In this document: one piece after another, positions 29,235 through 38,531 of the stretch
Numbering within the stretch: the first letter of the stretch is position 1
How the letters are laid out: each line of letters opens with the position of its first letter
Assembly (NCBI GenBank): GCA_963725995.1
Contig: CAVSAX010000012.1
Coordinates: 3,329-67,328 of the forward strand
Length of the DNA: 64,000 bases
From: an uncultured Acidobacteriaceae bacterium
Lineage (GTDB): Bacteria > Acidobacteriota > Terriglobia > Terriglobales > Acidobacteriaceae
Direction: 5' to 3'
The notes under the pieces: model-generated
Database searches by the model: none
Told to the model about the DNA's origin: nothing
The model's input: the letters and a program-made list of their open reading frames with translations, nothing else
Program-made: the position numbers and the translations under genes

Positions 29235-30320
29235 TCAGCCTTCAGCCAGCGCAAATCGAGCCGGAGAGAACTTTTCGACGCCAACCTCGGGCTGCTGTCC
29301 GGTCAGCAACTGCCGCATGATCCTGCCGGTCGCAGGCGCCAGCATAATCCCGTTGCGGAAGTGCCCGGCCGCAATCCAAAGGTTCTCGCCGCAGGCCCCC
29401 ATCAGCGGCAATCCATCTGCCGATCCCGGTCGCAGCCCCGCCCACGTATCCACAATCTTCGCTTGCGCCAATGGCGGCCAGAGTGCACACGCCTCACGGA
29501 ACAATATCTCGGCCACGTCCTGCTCCGCGGCCTTGTCGAATCCAGCTCGCAGCACGGTTGCGCCAATCACGATGCGCCCATCGCCACGCGGTACCAGATA
29601 GGTTTCCGGCGTGCGCAGAACCACCTTCAGACTCTCTTCCGCCGGCATCTCCACGGTCACCAACTGGCCCTTCCTAGGCTCAATTCCCAGCCGGTCCGCC
29701 GCCAGCTGCCCCGTCGATCCGCGCAGGCTGCCCGCCCACGCCCCGCAGCAACTCACAAAACTCTTCGCCGTCATGTTACCGGCGCTCGTCTCCACATTGA
29801 CGCTGGAACCTTGCGCTGTCACTGACAGCACCTCGGTCTGTTCCACCAACTCCACTCCAGCGGCGGCGGCAGCCAGGGGCAGCGCCCGGCAAATATCTCT
29901 CGGATCCAGGCTGTCCTCCTCCAGCAGTAGAAATTGGCGGCCTTCCCCGTTTAGCCCCGGAACGAGCTCCCGCGCCGCCCTGAGACCCACTGACCCACAA
30001 GCCCCAACCGGCAGCCTCTCGCCTACGCGGGAACCCTGCACCGCTCTGCGGGTTCGCAGACGGATGATGTGTCCGGAAAGCCGCTGCAACTGCTCAAGGT
30101 ACTCCGGGTAAAGCGTCAAGCTGAATTCGGAGAGCTCCCGCAGAATCGCCGGATTCTCTGGGTCTCGTGCCGCCAGCATCCCCGCAGCCGCCCAGGAAGC
30201 CTCGCTCATGGCCTCGCCCCGCTCCAGCACCAATACTTGGAGCCCAGCCCCGGCCATCTCCAGCGCAGTTGAGAGGCCGATAATGCCGCCCCCGGCGATA
30301 ATCACATCCGCTCTGTTCAC
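29235..30320 (-). CDS. thiO: Glycine oxidase ThiO-like FAD-dependent oxidoreductase
   Basis: The FAD fold is DVIIAGGGIIGLSTALE. The C-terminal AAGHFRNGIMLAPATG is typical of ThiO/DAO proteins. The start is GTG. Confidence 0.7.
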   Translation of the reverse strand: MNRADVIIAGGGIIGLSTALEMAGAGLQVLVLERGEAMSEASWAAAGMLAARDPENPAILRELSEFSLTLYPEYLEQLQRLSGHIIRLRTRRAVQGSRVGERLPVGACGSVGLRAARELVPGLNGEGRQFLLLEEDSLDPRDICRALPLAAAAAGVELVEQTEVLSVTAQGSSVNVETSAGNMTAKSFVSCCGAWAGSLRGSTGQLAADRLGIEPRKGQLVTVEMPAEESLKVVLRTPETYLVPRGDGRIVIGATVLRAGFDKAAEQDVAEILFREACALWPPLAQAKIVDTWAGLRPGSADGLPLMGACGENLWIAAGHFRNGIMLAPATGRIMRQLLTGQQPEVGVEKFSPARFALAEG

Positions 30321-30494
30321 CCCTCTATTTTAGGGGCAGTACCCCTGCTTCCGGGGGGAACCTAACTTACTCTAGGTCGTTACTCGGGAATGAACTATCT
30401 TAGGAGGAAGCTTCCGCCGCCCAAAGTACGCGCGTCAAACCTCGGTAACGGTTGCGGAATAGAAAACTGCTGTGCATAACGGAGAGGCTCAACA

Positions 30495-31301
30495 ATGACC
30501 GATTTGCTGGATAAGCCGGAACGCGACTACACATCAATCTACGTTGGCGGAATCATTCTTGCGCTCGTCGCGGCCCTGGGCGGACTGTACTGGAGCTACA
30601 CTCTTTCCACTCGACTCGCCAAGTCCGAGACGGCATTGATTACCGCAAACGAAGAAAACGAAAAATTGGCCGGAGAACTGAAAGAAACCAACGCTCGCCT
30701 CAAAGTGACATCCGAGACCCTTGGCCAATCTGTCGGCATGACGCAGGAACGGCTCGAAACCAAGGCGCAGGAGCTTATGAGACGCCAGCAGGCCGATACC
30801 GCACGCCTCGAGAAGCAGAATGCCGCGACCAATACGCAGATCGGCGCAGTCTCCGGCGAAGTGGCTGGCGTCAAGACTGAAGTCGGAGGCGTCAAGACGG
30901 ATGTCGCCAAGACCCAGAGCGACCTCGCCGCCACGCAAACCAAACTTGAAAGCATGAAGGGCGATCTCGGCATCCAGAGCGGATTGATCGCGCATAATCA
31001 CGACGAACTAGAAATCCTGAAGCACAAGGGTGACAGGAACTACTTCGAGTTCACGCTGAACAAAAACAGCAAGCCCGTTCCCGTAGGCATCGTCAGCCTC
31101 GTGCTCAAGAAGGCCGATCAGAAGAAAAATAAATTTACCCTCAACGTGATCTCGGACGACAAGACCATCGAGAAAAAAGACAGGGGCCTGAATGAGCCGG
31201 TGCAGTTCTACACCGGAAAGACTCCTGTGCTATATGAACTTGTTGTGAATGCCATCAATAAGAATCAGGTAGTTGGTTACATCTCCGCCCCCAAGAGCTA
31301 G
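30495..31301 (+). CDS. Hypothetical membrane-anchored coiled-coil protein
   Basis: It has an N-terminal TM segment (IYVGGIILALVAALGGLYW) and a long heptad-like region with the internal repeat GVKTEVGGVKTDV. The C-terminal ~100 aa look globular. Confidence 0.5.
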   Translation: MTDLLDKPERDYTSIYVGGIILALVAALGGLYWSYTLSTRLAKSETALITANEENEKLAGELKETNARLKVTSETLGQSVGMTQERLETKAQELMRRQQADTARLEKQNAATNTQIGAVSGEVAGVKTEVGGVKTDVAKTQSDLAATQTKLESMKGDLGIQSGLIAHNHDELEILKHKGDRNYFEFTLNKNSKPVPVGIVSLVLKKADQKKNKFTLNVISDDKTIEKKDRGLNEPVQFYTGKTPVLYELVVNAINKNQVVGYISAPKS

Positions 31302-31340
31302 GAGTTAATCTCAACCGACTCGCGAACCTACGCACAGTGC

Positions 31341-31370
31341 AAGGGGATCCTCTGTAATGAGGATCCCCTT
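31341..31370 (+). terminator. Hairpin terminator after the coiled-coil protein gene
   Basis: It has a perfect 10-bp stem (AAGGGGATCC / GGATCCCCTT) and a 10-nt loop. The T-rich tail is weak (GTAACTTATT). Confidence 0.55.
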
Positions 31371-31885
31371 GTAACTTATTCGCATATGCGGGACAACTTT
31401 TCGGCGAAGGTTTGCATCCCCAAGGCCCACTCACAAAGTGAGGAACGAATTCGACTTAAAAATGTATGGATACTTCCTCTTTTTTCATCGCAATCGCTAC
31501 GTTTTGTGCCCCACACGCACTAAACTTGTCGCAGCAGTTGATTGGCTGAATAAGTTCGCAACCGTCGCACATTTAATTAAATGGCTATCATGCGAGACGA
31601 CCCCGGGCCCACATCAGCATAAAGACGCTTCTGAGAACGATCGAACCAAGGCCCCCTTGCCTACGTTGCGATCCGCGGAGCGCGATAATTCATCCTCTTA
31701 GGTTAGTCGTACACCCGCCATGCATCGGGACAACAACACGATGCAGGGGGTGAATCAATAGTTTTTGTTCGAACCCACTGTGGTTTTCACGAGTGCCGGT
31801 GTGACACATGTCCCACCCTTCTAGTTGTGCGCCGCGACACACCGCGTGAAGCACATACAGAGATCCACTCCGAATTCAGCAGCAG

Positions 31886-33754
31886 GTGAGAACTAAACAA
31901 TCGCAATTGGTACTCTGTATGTTTCTCCCAGTGCGAACTCGGCTGTTTCTGTGGGTCGGTCTCCGCGCGTTTTTCTGCGTGCTCCTCGGCGTAGCTATCG
32001 CGCGTGCGGAATCTCCCGTAAAACCGCCTGCGGATACCACCGCGAGTTCTTCGTCTGAGTCCCAGGGATTACCCGACTCTCCGGGCCACGTCGGCCAACA
32101 ATCTACCGCCTCGGATGTTGTCGTTCCTCTCGAATTGGTTGAGGGACCACTGCCGAACGCAGTCATCAAGCGTGCATCGAAACTGGTGCCTCCGCCGCCA
32201 GATCCGTTCCGCGTGATCCAGGACGACAGCAACGCGGCCAATCTCGATCTTGACGATAAGCTGACCGTCGATCCCACGGCGCTCTGGCACACCGGAAAAG
32301 CGCTGCAGCGCGCTCTGCCGACCTTCAACATGGTTGAAGGTCGTAGTGCGCAGCAGCCTCCTCCCGACGATGCATCTTCCTACGGCTCGTATCATTGGGG
32401 CGGGCTGTTGGTGCAGTCCCTCGCCTTCAACGTCACTGAGAATCTTTTCCGTGCAGCCACCGACGAGAACATCGGCCTCGCCATTGCGCACAAGCCCTTC
32501 TTCCGCGACTACGTAAAATCCATGCAGCAGTTCAACATGGGCCGCTGGAACGACGGCGACGATTTCATGGTCAACTACGTCGGGCATCCACTGCAGGGAT
32601 CCGTCAGCGGCTTCATCGAGGTTCAGAACGACCCGCGTGGGCGCCAAACGGAGTTTGGAGACGGCACGGAGTATTGGAACAGTCGCTTCAAAGCGTTCCT
32701 GTGGGCCACCGTCTACAGCACTCACTCCGAAATCAGCCCTCTTGGCGAGGCCGGCATAGGAAATGAGGGCGGCTTTACCTATGCGCTGCCAACCAATTGC
32801 AGAGGTTGCCGACCGGGCAAGCCCAGATACACCAACAACACCGGCTGGGTGGACTTCATCATCACGCCCGTAGTCGGGACGCTTTGGATGATCGGAGAAG
32901 ACATCCTGGACCGTTTCGTAAGCGACCGCGTTCAGGATGGAAACCTCAACCGTCACTTCCCTATGGTCGTACGGGGCGTGCTGAATCCAAGTCGCACCTT
33001 TGCCAACGCAATGCGGATGAAGTTTCCCTGGTATCGCGACTTTCAGCACGATCCTGAGGTCGAGGCATATATGCGCGGTACGCACTTCCTCGCCTCCGAC
33101 GAAGAAGTTGCCCGGGCTCGCAGCTATCCTCGCATTCAAATCGCGCCATACATTCGTTCGGTTGCCATGGGCACACCCGGAATCACTACCGATGTAGGAA
33201 ATCTCAGCAACATCGTTCTTCGCGGACCAGGAGCAGGTGTAGACGCGAGCTATGCCTTTAACCGGTGGTCAGGGGTCACCGTCGCGGCCGACAGAACCAA
33301 CGGCCCCACACCGGTAAAGGCCGACAGAAACGGTGCACCGCAAAGCACTGGTACCACATGGAGCGCGGGCGTCGGCCTATACATCGCGCACGAAGGACCG
33401 CTCTACAGTTTGCGGCTGGCGATTCGGGAAGGCACCGTCTCGGAGACGGCTACATTGCCCGTCGTCCCGTCACTGTATCCAACGCAATATGTGAAGCCGA
33501 AAGAGTTCATCGTGACGCGGCCGGCCACAACCATCATGCTCTCGGGCGACTACCATCTCACGCAAAAACTCGCCATCAGGACCTCGATCGGCGATTCCAT
33601 CGTCCGGTATCGCAGCCCCATTGAAGATCCACCCGGCATAGGCACCCCGCCAGACCTCAGCTGGCTCTCCCACGACAACTACTACAACCGCAGCACATGG
33701 ATCTGCCAAGCCGGCCCGGTCCTGCGCTTTGGAAGAGGTCGGGCAGCGGAGTAG
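31886..33754 (+). CDS. Large secreted protein of unknown function (possible DUF3943-like region); start GTG 31886 or ATG 31919
   Basis: It has a signal-like N-terminus (LFLWVGLRAFFCVLLGVAIARA) and an aromatic/Asn/Gly-rich composition. The segment WNDGDDFMVNYVGHPLQGS resembles the N..HP..G core I associate with DUF3943 (from memory, unverified). The C-terminal region ends in VLRF before a short tail. Confidence 0.55.
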   Translation: MRTKQSQLVLCMFLPVRTRLFLWVGLRAFFCVLLGVAIARAESPVKPPADTTASSSSESQGLPDSPGHVGQQSTASDVVVPLELVEGPLPNAVIKRASKLVPPPPDPFRVIQDDSNAANLDLDDKLTVDPTALWHTGKALQRALPTFNMVEGRSAQQPPPDDASSYGSYHWGGLLVQSLAFNVTENLFRAATDENIGLAIAHKPFFRDYVKSMQQFNMGRWNDGDDFMVNYVGHPLQGSVSGFIEVQNDPRGRQTEFGDGTEYWNSRFKAFLWATVYSTHSEISPLGEAGIGNEGGFTYALPTNCRGCRPGKPRYTNNTGWVDFIITPVVGTLWMIGEDILDRFVSDRVQDGNLNRHFPMVVRGVLNPSRTFANAMRMKFPWYRDFQHDPEVEAYMRGTHFLASDEEVARARSYPRIQIAPYIRSVAMGTPGITTDVGNLSNIVLRGPGAGVDASYAFNRWSGVTVAADRTNGPTPVKADRNGAPQSTGTTWSAGVGLYIAHEGPLYSLRLAIREGTVSETATLPVVPSLYPTQYVKPKEFIVTRPATTIMLSGDYHLTQKLAIRTSIGDSIVRYRSPIEDPPGIGTPPDLSWLSHDNYYNRSTWICQAGPVLRFGRGRAAE

Positions 33755-33853
33755 CCTGTGGCGACGCACCCAGCGATAACGGGCGCGCTTCACCAGCCAG
33801 ACGGGTGGCGTTCAACTCATCGGAAATATTCGCTCGTCAGATCAGCTGCGCGA

Positions 33854-34471
33854 CTACTGCGGAGCGCGCAAAACCAGCGTCTTCTGATGCAGGAAGATGA
33901 CCTCGATGTCCAGCGACTTTCTCTTTTCGTAGTCATCGCGGGTCATGGGGAAGGGAAACAGCATCATCCCTTCTATTGACTGGCCGGGCTGAATCGTCAC
34001 GTCGCGAACAATAGGATCGCCCTTGAGCGGCAGCAACTGCGGATAGGCAATAAACGCGCGCGCAAAATCGGTCCTGTTCACCGCCAGGCTGCGCCGCTCC
34101 AGATCCTCCGGAAGCTGCAGCGAAGCGAACATGTCATTCAGGAAAAGCGGGACCTTGGATTGATTACGGAGCTTGACCTGCGCCAGAACCAGTACCTGGT
34201 CGAAGGCCTCCTGCTGGCCCGGCATCCCGGCTGCGGCCGCCATATGCGATTCCTGGTGAATCGGCACCGCGGTCAGGTGAACAATCTCACCCACCGCCAC
34301 CGGCGGCTTCTCGCCAAAATACACATACGCGCTAACCGCGGCTACCACCAGCACCAGGGCAAGCAGCACCACCTTCAGAGCGTTCGGCCCGGAATCCGGC
34401 TCATCATCCTGGTGTTGGCGAAGATATTCTTCGGTCGAGAGAGGGGCAGAACTCTTAGAGGAATCGTTCAC
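33854..34471 (-). CDS. Hypothetical membrane-anchored protein
   Basis: The protein is 205 aa with one TM segment (LKVVLLALVLVVAAVSAYVYF). The beta-rich extracytoplasmic part has no motif I recognise. Confidence 0.5.
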   Translation of the reverse strand: MNDSSKSSAPLSTEEYLRQHQDDEPDSGPNALKVVLLALVLVVAAVSAYVYFGEKPPVAVGEIVHLTAVPIHQESHMAAAAGMPGQQEAFDQVLVLAQVKLRNQSKVPLFLNDMFASLQLPEDLERRSLAVNRTDFARAFIAYPQLLPLKGDPIVRDVTIQPGQSIEGMMLFPFPMTRDDYEKRKSLDIEVIFLHQKTLVLRAPQ

Positions 34472-34528
34472 AGTGCTGCGATTTTACCGCGAACCGCCCT
34501 CACTGCCTTGCGAATTCTGCCGGTTAAC

Positions 34529-36271
34529 CTATGGCCGAGTCCGCAAAACCGCCAGAAACTCCCCCGCGCTCCGGGTGTTCAGCACGTCCTCCCTGGTCAG
34601 CCACGCCCGCCGTAGTTGCAAAATGCCGTAGCGCATCTTTTCCAGGTGACTGACGTGGTGCGAGTCTGTGTTGATCACGATCTTCACGCCCAACTCCCTG
34701 GCATGCCTCAGGTCGCGATCGCACAGATCCAGCCGGTCGGGATAAGCGTTGTGCTCCATCGCGACACCCAGCTCTGCCGCTCTTGCCAGAATCTGACCCA
34801 GGTCCATTTCGAAGCCTTCCCGGCGCAACAGCAGCCGTCCCGTCGGATGCCCGAGGATGTGCACATAGGGATTCTCAATCGCCTTAATGACCCGTTCCGT
34901 CATCTGTTCGCGGGGCTGGTTAAACAGGCTGTGGACGCTCCCGATCACCACGTCCAGCTGCGCCAGCACGTCATTGGAGAGATCGATCTCGCCGTCCGCC
35001 AGGATGTCCACCTCGATGCCCGCGAAGATGCGAATCCGCCCCTCCATCTCGGCCTCGACAGCCTTGATTTTTCGCATGTGTTCCAGCGCGCGCACGTCGT
35101 CCAGACCATTGGTCATCGCCAGGTTCTTTGAGTGGTCTGTGATGGCGATGTACTCGTAGCCGCGCGCCAGCGCCGCATCAGCCATCTCGCGAATCGTGTT
35201 GCGGCCGTCGGTGGCGTCGGTATGCATGTGTACATCGCCGCGAATGTCAGCCAGCTCAATCAGCCTGGGCAGGCGATGCGCAACCGATGCCTCCAACTCG
35301 CCGTTGTTCTCGCGCAGTTCCGGCGCAATCCAATCCATTCCCAGCGCCGCGTAGATATCCTCCTCGGTCGCACCGGCCACCACCGAGCCATCTTCCAGCC
35401 GCGCCAGCGCATACTCGCTCAGCGTGTAGCCCTGCTTCAGCGCACGCTGTCGCACGGCCACGTTGTGCATCTTCGATCCCGTGAAATATTGCAGCGCAGC
35501 TCCATACGACGCGCGTGGCAGCAGGCGCACATCCACCTGCAACCCGCTGCGCAGCCGGAAGCTCACCTTGTTCTGCCCCTTGGCCAGAATGTCGACGATG
35601 GGAGGATAAGCCGCCGTATGCTCTACCGCCGCTGCGACCACGGCTTCTTCGCATGCCGGCCCTGTAGCCAGCAGGTCGATGTCGCCCACCGTCTCGCGAC
35701 CGCGCCGCAATGATCCCGCCGGAATCACGACCTCAATCCCGGGAAAATTCTTCAGCCACTCAATCACTTTTTCTGCTGCTTCTTCGCCATCGTCGATCAG
35801 GAACCGGCCGCTGTTCCTGCGATACTCCGCGATGCCTTTCTTCAGCTTCTGCGCCAGCTTCGTACCCATACGCGGCAGCCCGTCCAGCTTGCCCTCGTCA
35901 ATCGCCGCTTCCAGCGCGTCGATGTCGCCCACACCGATCGCCTCCCACAGCAGGCCAACAGTCTTCGGGCCCATGCCGGGCAATTTCAGCAGGTCAAGCA
36001 TCGTCGCCTTGTACTTCGTAAGCAATTCGTCGCGCAGCGGCAGGCTGCCCGTCTCCTCCAGAAATCGCAGGTTCGCTGCCATTCCCTTGCCGATCCCGGG
36101 AATCTCCTGCAGCTTCTTCGCGTCCGCGGCGATCACACTCAACCGGACCGTGGTTGACTCCACAGCCTCTGCGGCGTTGCGGTACGAACGAATGCGGAAA
36201 GAATCGCCGCCGCTGATCTCCAGCAGGTCAGCCGTCTCCGCCAGCATCCGGGCCATCGTCTGGTTGTCCAT
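34529..36271 (-). CDS. Family X DNA polymerase with C-terminal PHP domain (PolX)
   Basis: The N-terminal HhH region is MDNQTMARMLAETADLLEISGGDSFRIRSYRNAA. The polymerase-beta core is GSLRRGRETVGDIDLL. The PHP region is RGDVHMHTDATDG ... ITDHS. The start is taken at the internal ATG (MDNQ). Confidence 0.85.
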   Translation of the reverse strand: MDNQTMARMLAETADLLEISGGDSFRIRSYRNAAEAVESTTVRLSVIAADAKKLQEIPGIGKGMAANLRFLEETGSLPLRDELLTKYKATMLDLLKLPGMGPKTVGLLWEAIGVGDIDALEAAIDEGKLDGLPRMGTKLAQKLKKGIAEYRRNSGRFLIDDGEEAAEKVIEWLKNFPGIEVVIPAGSLRRGRETVGDIDLLATGPACEEAVVAAAVEHTAAYPPIVDILAKGQNKVSFRLRSGLQVDVRLLPRASYGAALQYFTGSKMHNVAVRQRALKQGYTLSEYALARLEDGSVVAGATEEDIYAALGMDWIAPELRENNGELEASVAHRLPRLIELADIRGDVHMHTDATDGRNTIREMADAALARGYEYIAITDHSKNLAMTNGLDDVRALEHMRKIKAVEAEMEGRIRIFAGIEVDILADGEIDLSNDVLAQLDVVIGSVHSLFNQPREQMTERVIKAIENPYVHILGHPTGRLLLRREGFEMDLGQILARAAELGVAMEHNAYPDRLDLCDRDLRHARELGVKIVINTDSHHVSHLEKMRYGILQLRRAWLTREDVLNTRSAGEFLAVLRTRP

Positions 36272-36329
36272 GTGTCTTGTGTCTCCGGGAGCCATTATCG
36301 CCCACCAGCCCGCCATGGCGCGCAACAAG

Positions 36330-36362
36330 AAAACCCAGGCTCCGCGATCGCGGAACTCTGGG
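36330..36362 (-). terminator. Intrinsic terminator downstream of the cold-shock gene
   Basis: On the minus strand, hairpin CCCAGAGTTCCGCGATCGCGGAGCCTGGG (with the internal palindrome TCCGCGA/TCGCGGA) is followed by TTTT. It lies between the csp and polX genes. Confidence 0.45.
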
Positions 36363-36477
36363 CTTCAGGAGTCGATTCAATTGTTTATGAGGGCTGGGCT
36401 ACTGCCAGTCTTCGGCTTGCACCCTCCGCTTGTGGAAAGGTGGGGAATGCTACGGCACATCGACGCTAAAGCCGCCC

Positions 36478-36696
36478 TCAGGCGACTTCGCGTAGCCGTA
36501 TGACCGAATCCGCCTGTGGACCCTTCTGGCCTTCCACGATGTCGAATTCGACCTCATCGCCTTCCTTCAGACTCTTGTATCCGTCGATCTGGATTGAACT
36601 GTAGTGAACGAAGACGTCTGGACCATCGTCACGGCCAATAAAGCCGTAACCTTTGGCGTTATTAAACCACTTCACCTTGCCTTTGTAATTAGCCAC
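36478..36696 (-). CDS. Cold-shock protein (CspA family)
   Basis: The 72-aa protein starts at GTG after AAGGAAGG. RNP1 KGYGFI and RNP2 VFVHYS are present. The upstream in-frame extension in the ORF track is probably 5' UTR. Confidence 0.85.
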   Translation of the reverse strand: MANYKGKVKWFNNAKGYGFIGRDDGPDVFVHYSSIQIDGYKSLKEGDEVEFDIVEGQKGPQADSVIRLREVA

Positions 36697-36867
36697 AAGC
36701 CACGTACCTTCCTTGGAGCAGATCGAGGCTGGGGAAGAACCCAACCTGCTTGCATAAAGAGACGCACCACGTGGCGAAATGGTTATCCTCTGGAAAAAGA
36801 CAGTGGCTCCCGCGGCACCTGCCGGGGAGCCAGATCTGCGCATCTCCAATACACAATGCTTGTCGTT

Positions 36868-37509
36868 TCAACCCTTTGCGTTGGACTTCGCACCAGCCTT
36901 GGGGCGCAATCCTTTTTTGCGCGCATAAAGCATCGTTGAGATCAGCGTTTTGCCGTCCATGATCTTCCCCTCATCGATCATTTTCAGGATCGTGGACAGC
37001 GGCACCAACTCGATGTGAATGAACTCGTCCTCTTCCGGCTCGGCGACGCCTGCCGAAATTCCTTCCGCCAGGTACACCTGCATCCACTCGCCCAGAAAGC
37101 CCGGGCTCGCAAAGTAGCGCACCAGCTTTGACCATTTCTTCGCGCGATAGCCCGTCTCTTCGATCAGCTCGCGCTTAGCCCCCGCCAGCGACTTCTCACC
37201 CGCATCCATCTTGCCCGCGGGCAACTCCCACAGGTACTGCTTAGCCGCATGGCGATATTGCCGCTCCATCACGATCAACGGATCGGTCTTGCTGCGCGAG
37301 TCGTCCACCGCCAGTATCACCACCGAGCCGTTGTGCCGGATCACATCGCGCCGCGACACCTTGCTCCCCGGCTCCAGCACCATGTCGGTGTACACGCTGA
37401 ATAGGGGTCCTTCATAGCTCAGCTTCGACGACTCGACGTGGATCCCTCGGTTCGTTCTTGTCGCCATCAGCTTCGACTTCTTGATCGGTGCTGCCTTTGT
37501 CTTTGCCAT
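36868..37509 (-). CDS. NUDIX hydrolase (ADP-ribose pyrophosphatase-like)
   Basis: It has a complete Nudix box, GKMDAGEKSLAGAKRELIEETGY. Confidence 0.8.
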   Translation of the reverse strand: MAKTKAAPIKKSKLMATRTNRGIHVESSKLSYEGPLFSVYTDMVLEPGSKVSRRDVIRHNGSVVILAVDDSRSKTDPLIVMERQYRHAAKQYLWELPAGKMDAGEKSLAGAKRELIEETGYRAKKWSKLVRYFASPGFLGEWMQVYLAEGISAGVAEPEEDEFIHIELVPLSTILKMIDEGKIMDGKTLISTMLYARKKGLRPKAGAKSNAKG

Positions 37510-37563
37510 TCGTCCTCATCCTTGTGGCTTTCTCATTTACGGTACCATTCCGTCTGGACCGAA

Positions 37564-38493
37564 ATGAAAAAAGCCACTTCCACTTCGCCGCGCAGGCGCA
37601 CCTCTTCGCCAGCCGCGCCCAGCGTCACCGTGATCGGCCTCGGGAACTGGGGAAGCTCGCTTGTAGCGGGCCTTTCCTCTGCCGGCATTCGCATCGGCGA
37701 GATCATTGTTCGCAGCAAGCCCGCGCGCAGCCCCCGCGGCCTCAAGCTCACCACGCTCGAAAACGCATCGCTCGAAGCACCAATCTTCTGGCTCTGTGTG
37801 CCCGATCGCGCTATCGCAGAAACCTCCGCCGCGCTCGTCGCACGTCTTGTATCGCTGGGCCGCTCTCTGAAAGGACGAGTCGTCATTCACTCCAGCGGCG
37901 CGCTCTCCATCGATGATCTACGCGCGGCCGCCGCAGCAGGAGCCCAGGTAGCCAGCGTGGCACCGGTGATGACTTTCCCCACGCGCAGGCTCGTCCCGCT
38001 CGCTGGCGTCCCCTTTGCGGTAGAGTCCTCAGCCGCCCTGTGCCCAAGACTTTTCAAGTTGGTGCGCAAGCTCGGCGGCGCTCCCTTCCGCATCGACTCG
38101 CAGAACAAGGTTCTCTACCACGCATCCGCCGTGATGGCTTCGCCCCTCCTGCTCAGCGGATTGGTCGCAGCTCAGCAAACCGCCATCCTCGCCGGTCTCA
38201 GTCCCGCGGCCGCGCGCGGACTGCTTGCTCCGATGGCTGCCGCCACTATCCGTAACTTTGTGGCCCGCGGCTCCGCCAATAGCTTCAGCGGGCCCATCGC
38301 CCGCGGCGACATTGCCACCGTGGAACTGCATCTTCGCGCCCTCCAAGGGCATCCGATGCTTGTACAGACATATCGCTCCCTGGCCTTGAACGCGCTCGAG
38401 TACCTGCCTTCTCGCAAACGGGAGGAAATTGCTCGCATCTTGAACCGGACAGGTCGCAAGCCATTGAATAAACAGCCGCCCGTGAGAAACTGA
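37564..38493 (+). CDS. Rossmann-like / DUF2520-type putative oxidoreductase
   Basis: The N-terminus VTVIGLGNWGSSLVAGL has a GxGxxG-like fold. The C-terminal segment is YHASAVMASPLL...FSGPIARGD. The start is taken at ATG 37564 (MKKAT). Confidence 0.55.
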   Translation: MKKATSTSPRRRTSSPAAPSVTVIGLGNWGSSLVAGLSSAGIRIGEIIVRSKPARSPRGLKLTTLENASLEAPIFWLCVPDRAIAETSAALVARLVSLGRSLKGRVVIHSSGALSIDDLRAAAAAGAQVASVAPVMTFPTRRLVPLAGVPFAVESSAALCPRLFKLVRKLGGAPFRIDSQNKVLYHASAVMASPLLLSGLVAAQQTAILAGLSPAAARGLLAPMAAATIRNFVARGSANSFSGPIARGDIATVELHLRALQGHPMLVQTYRSLALNALEYLPSRKREEIARILNRTGRKPLNKQPPVRN

Positions 38494-38531
38494 ACTCTGC
38501 GTGCGGCCGTCTATGCGTTCAGTCAAAGTAG

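Noticed and set aside
30321-30494. A possible TPP riboswitch upstream of the thiO-like gene
   Set aside because: The conserved CUGAGA and ACCUGAUCUGGAUAAUGCCAGCG-type elements are absent on the relevant strand.
31438-31701. An 87-aa ORF in the AT-rich gap before the large secreted protein
   Set aside because: It has no RBS, an odd composition and no motif. It is probably a chance ORF in AT-rich DNA.
32069-33139. A 356-aa minus-strand ORF inside the 31886-33754 gene
   Set aside because: The plus-strand product has a signal peptide and a natural aromatic/Asn-rich composition. The antisense product looks like a GC-driven open frame without start context.
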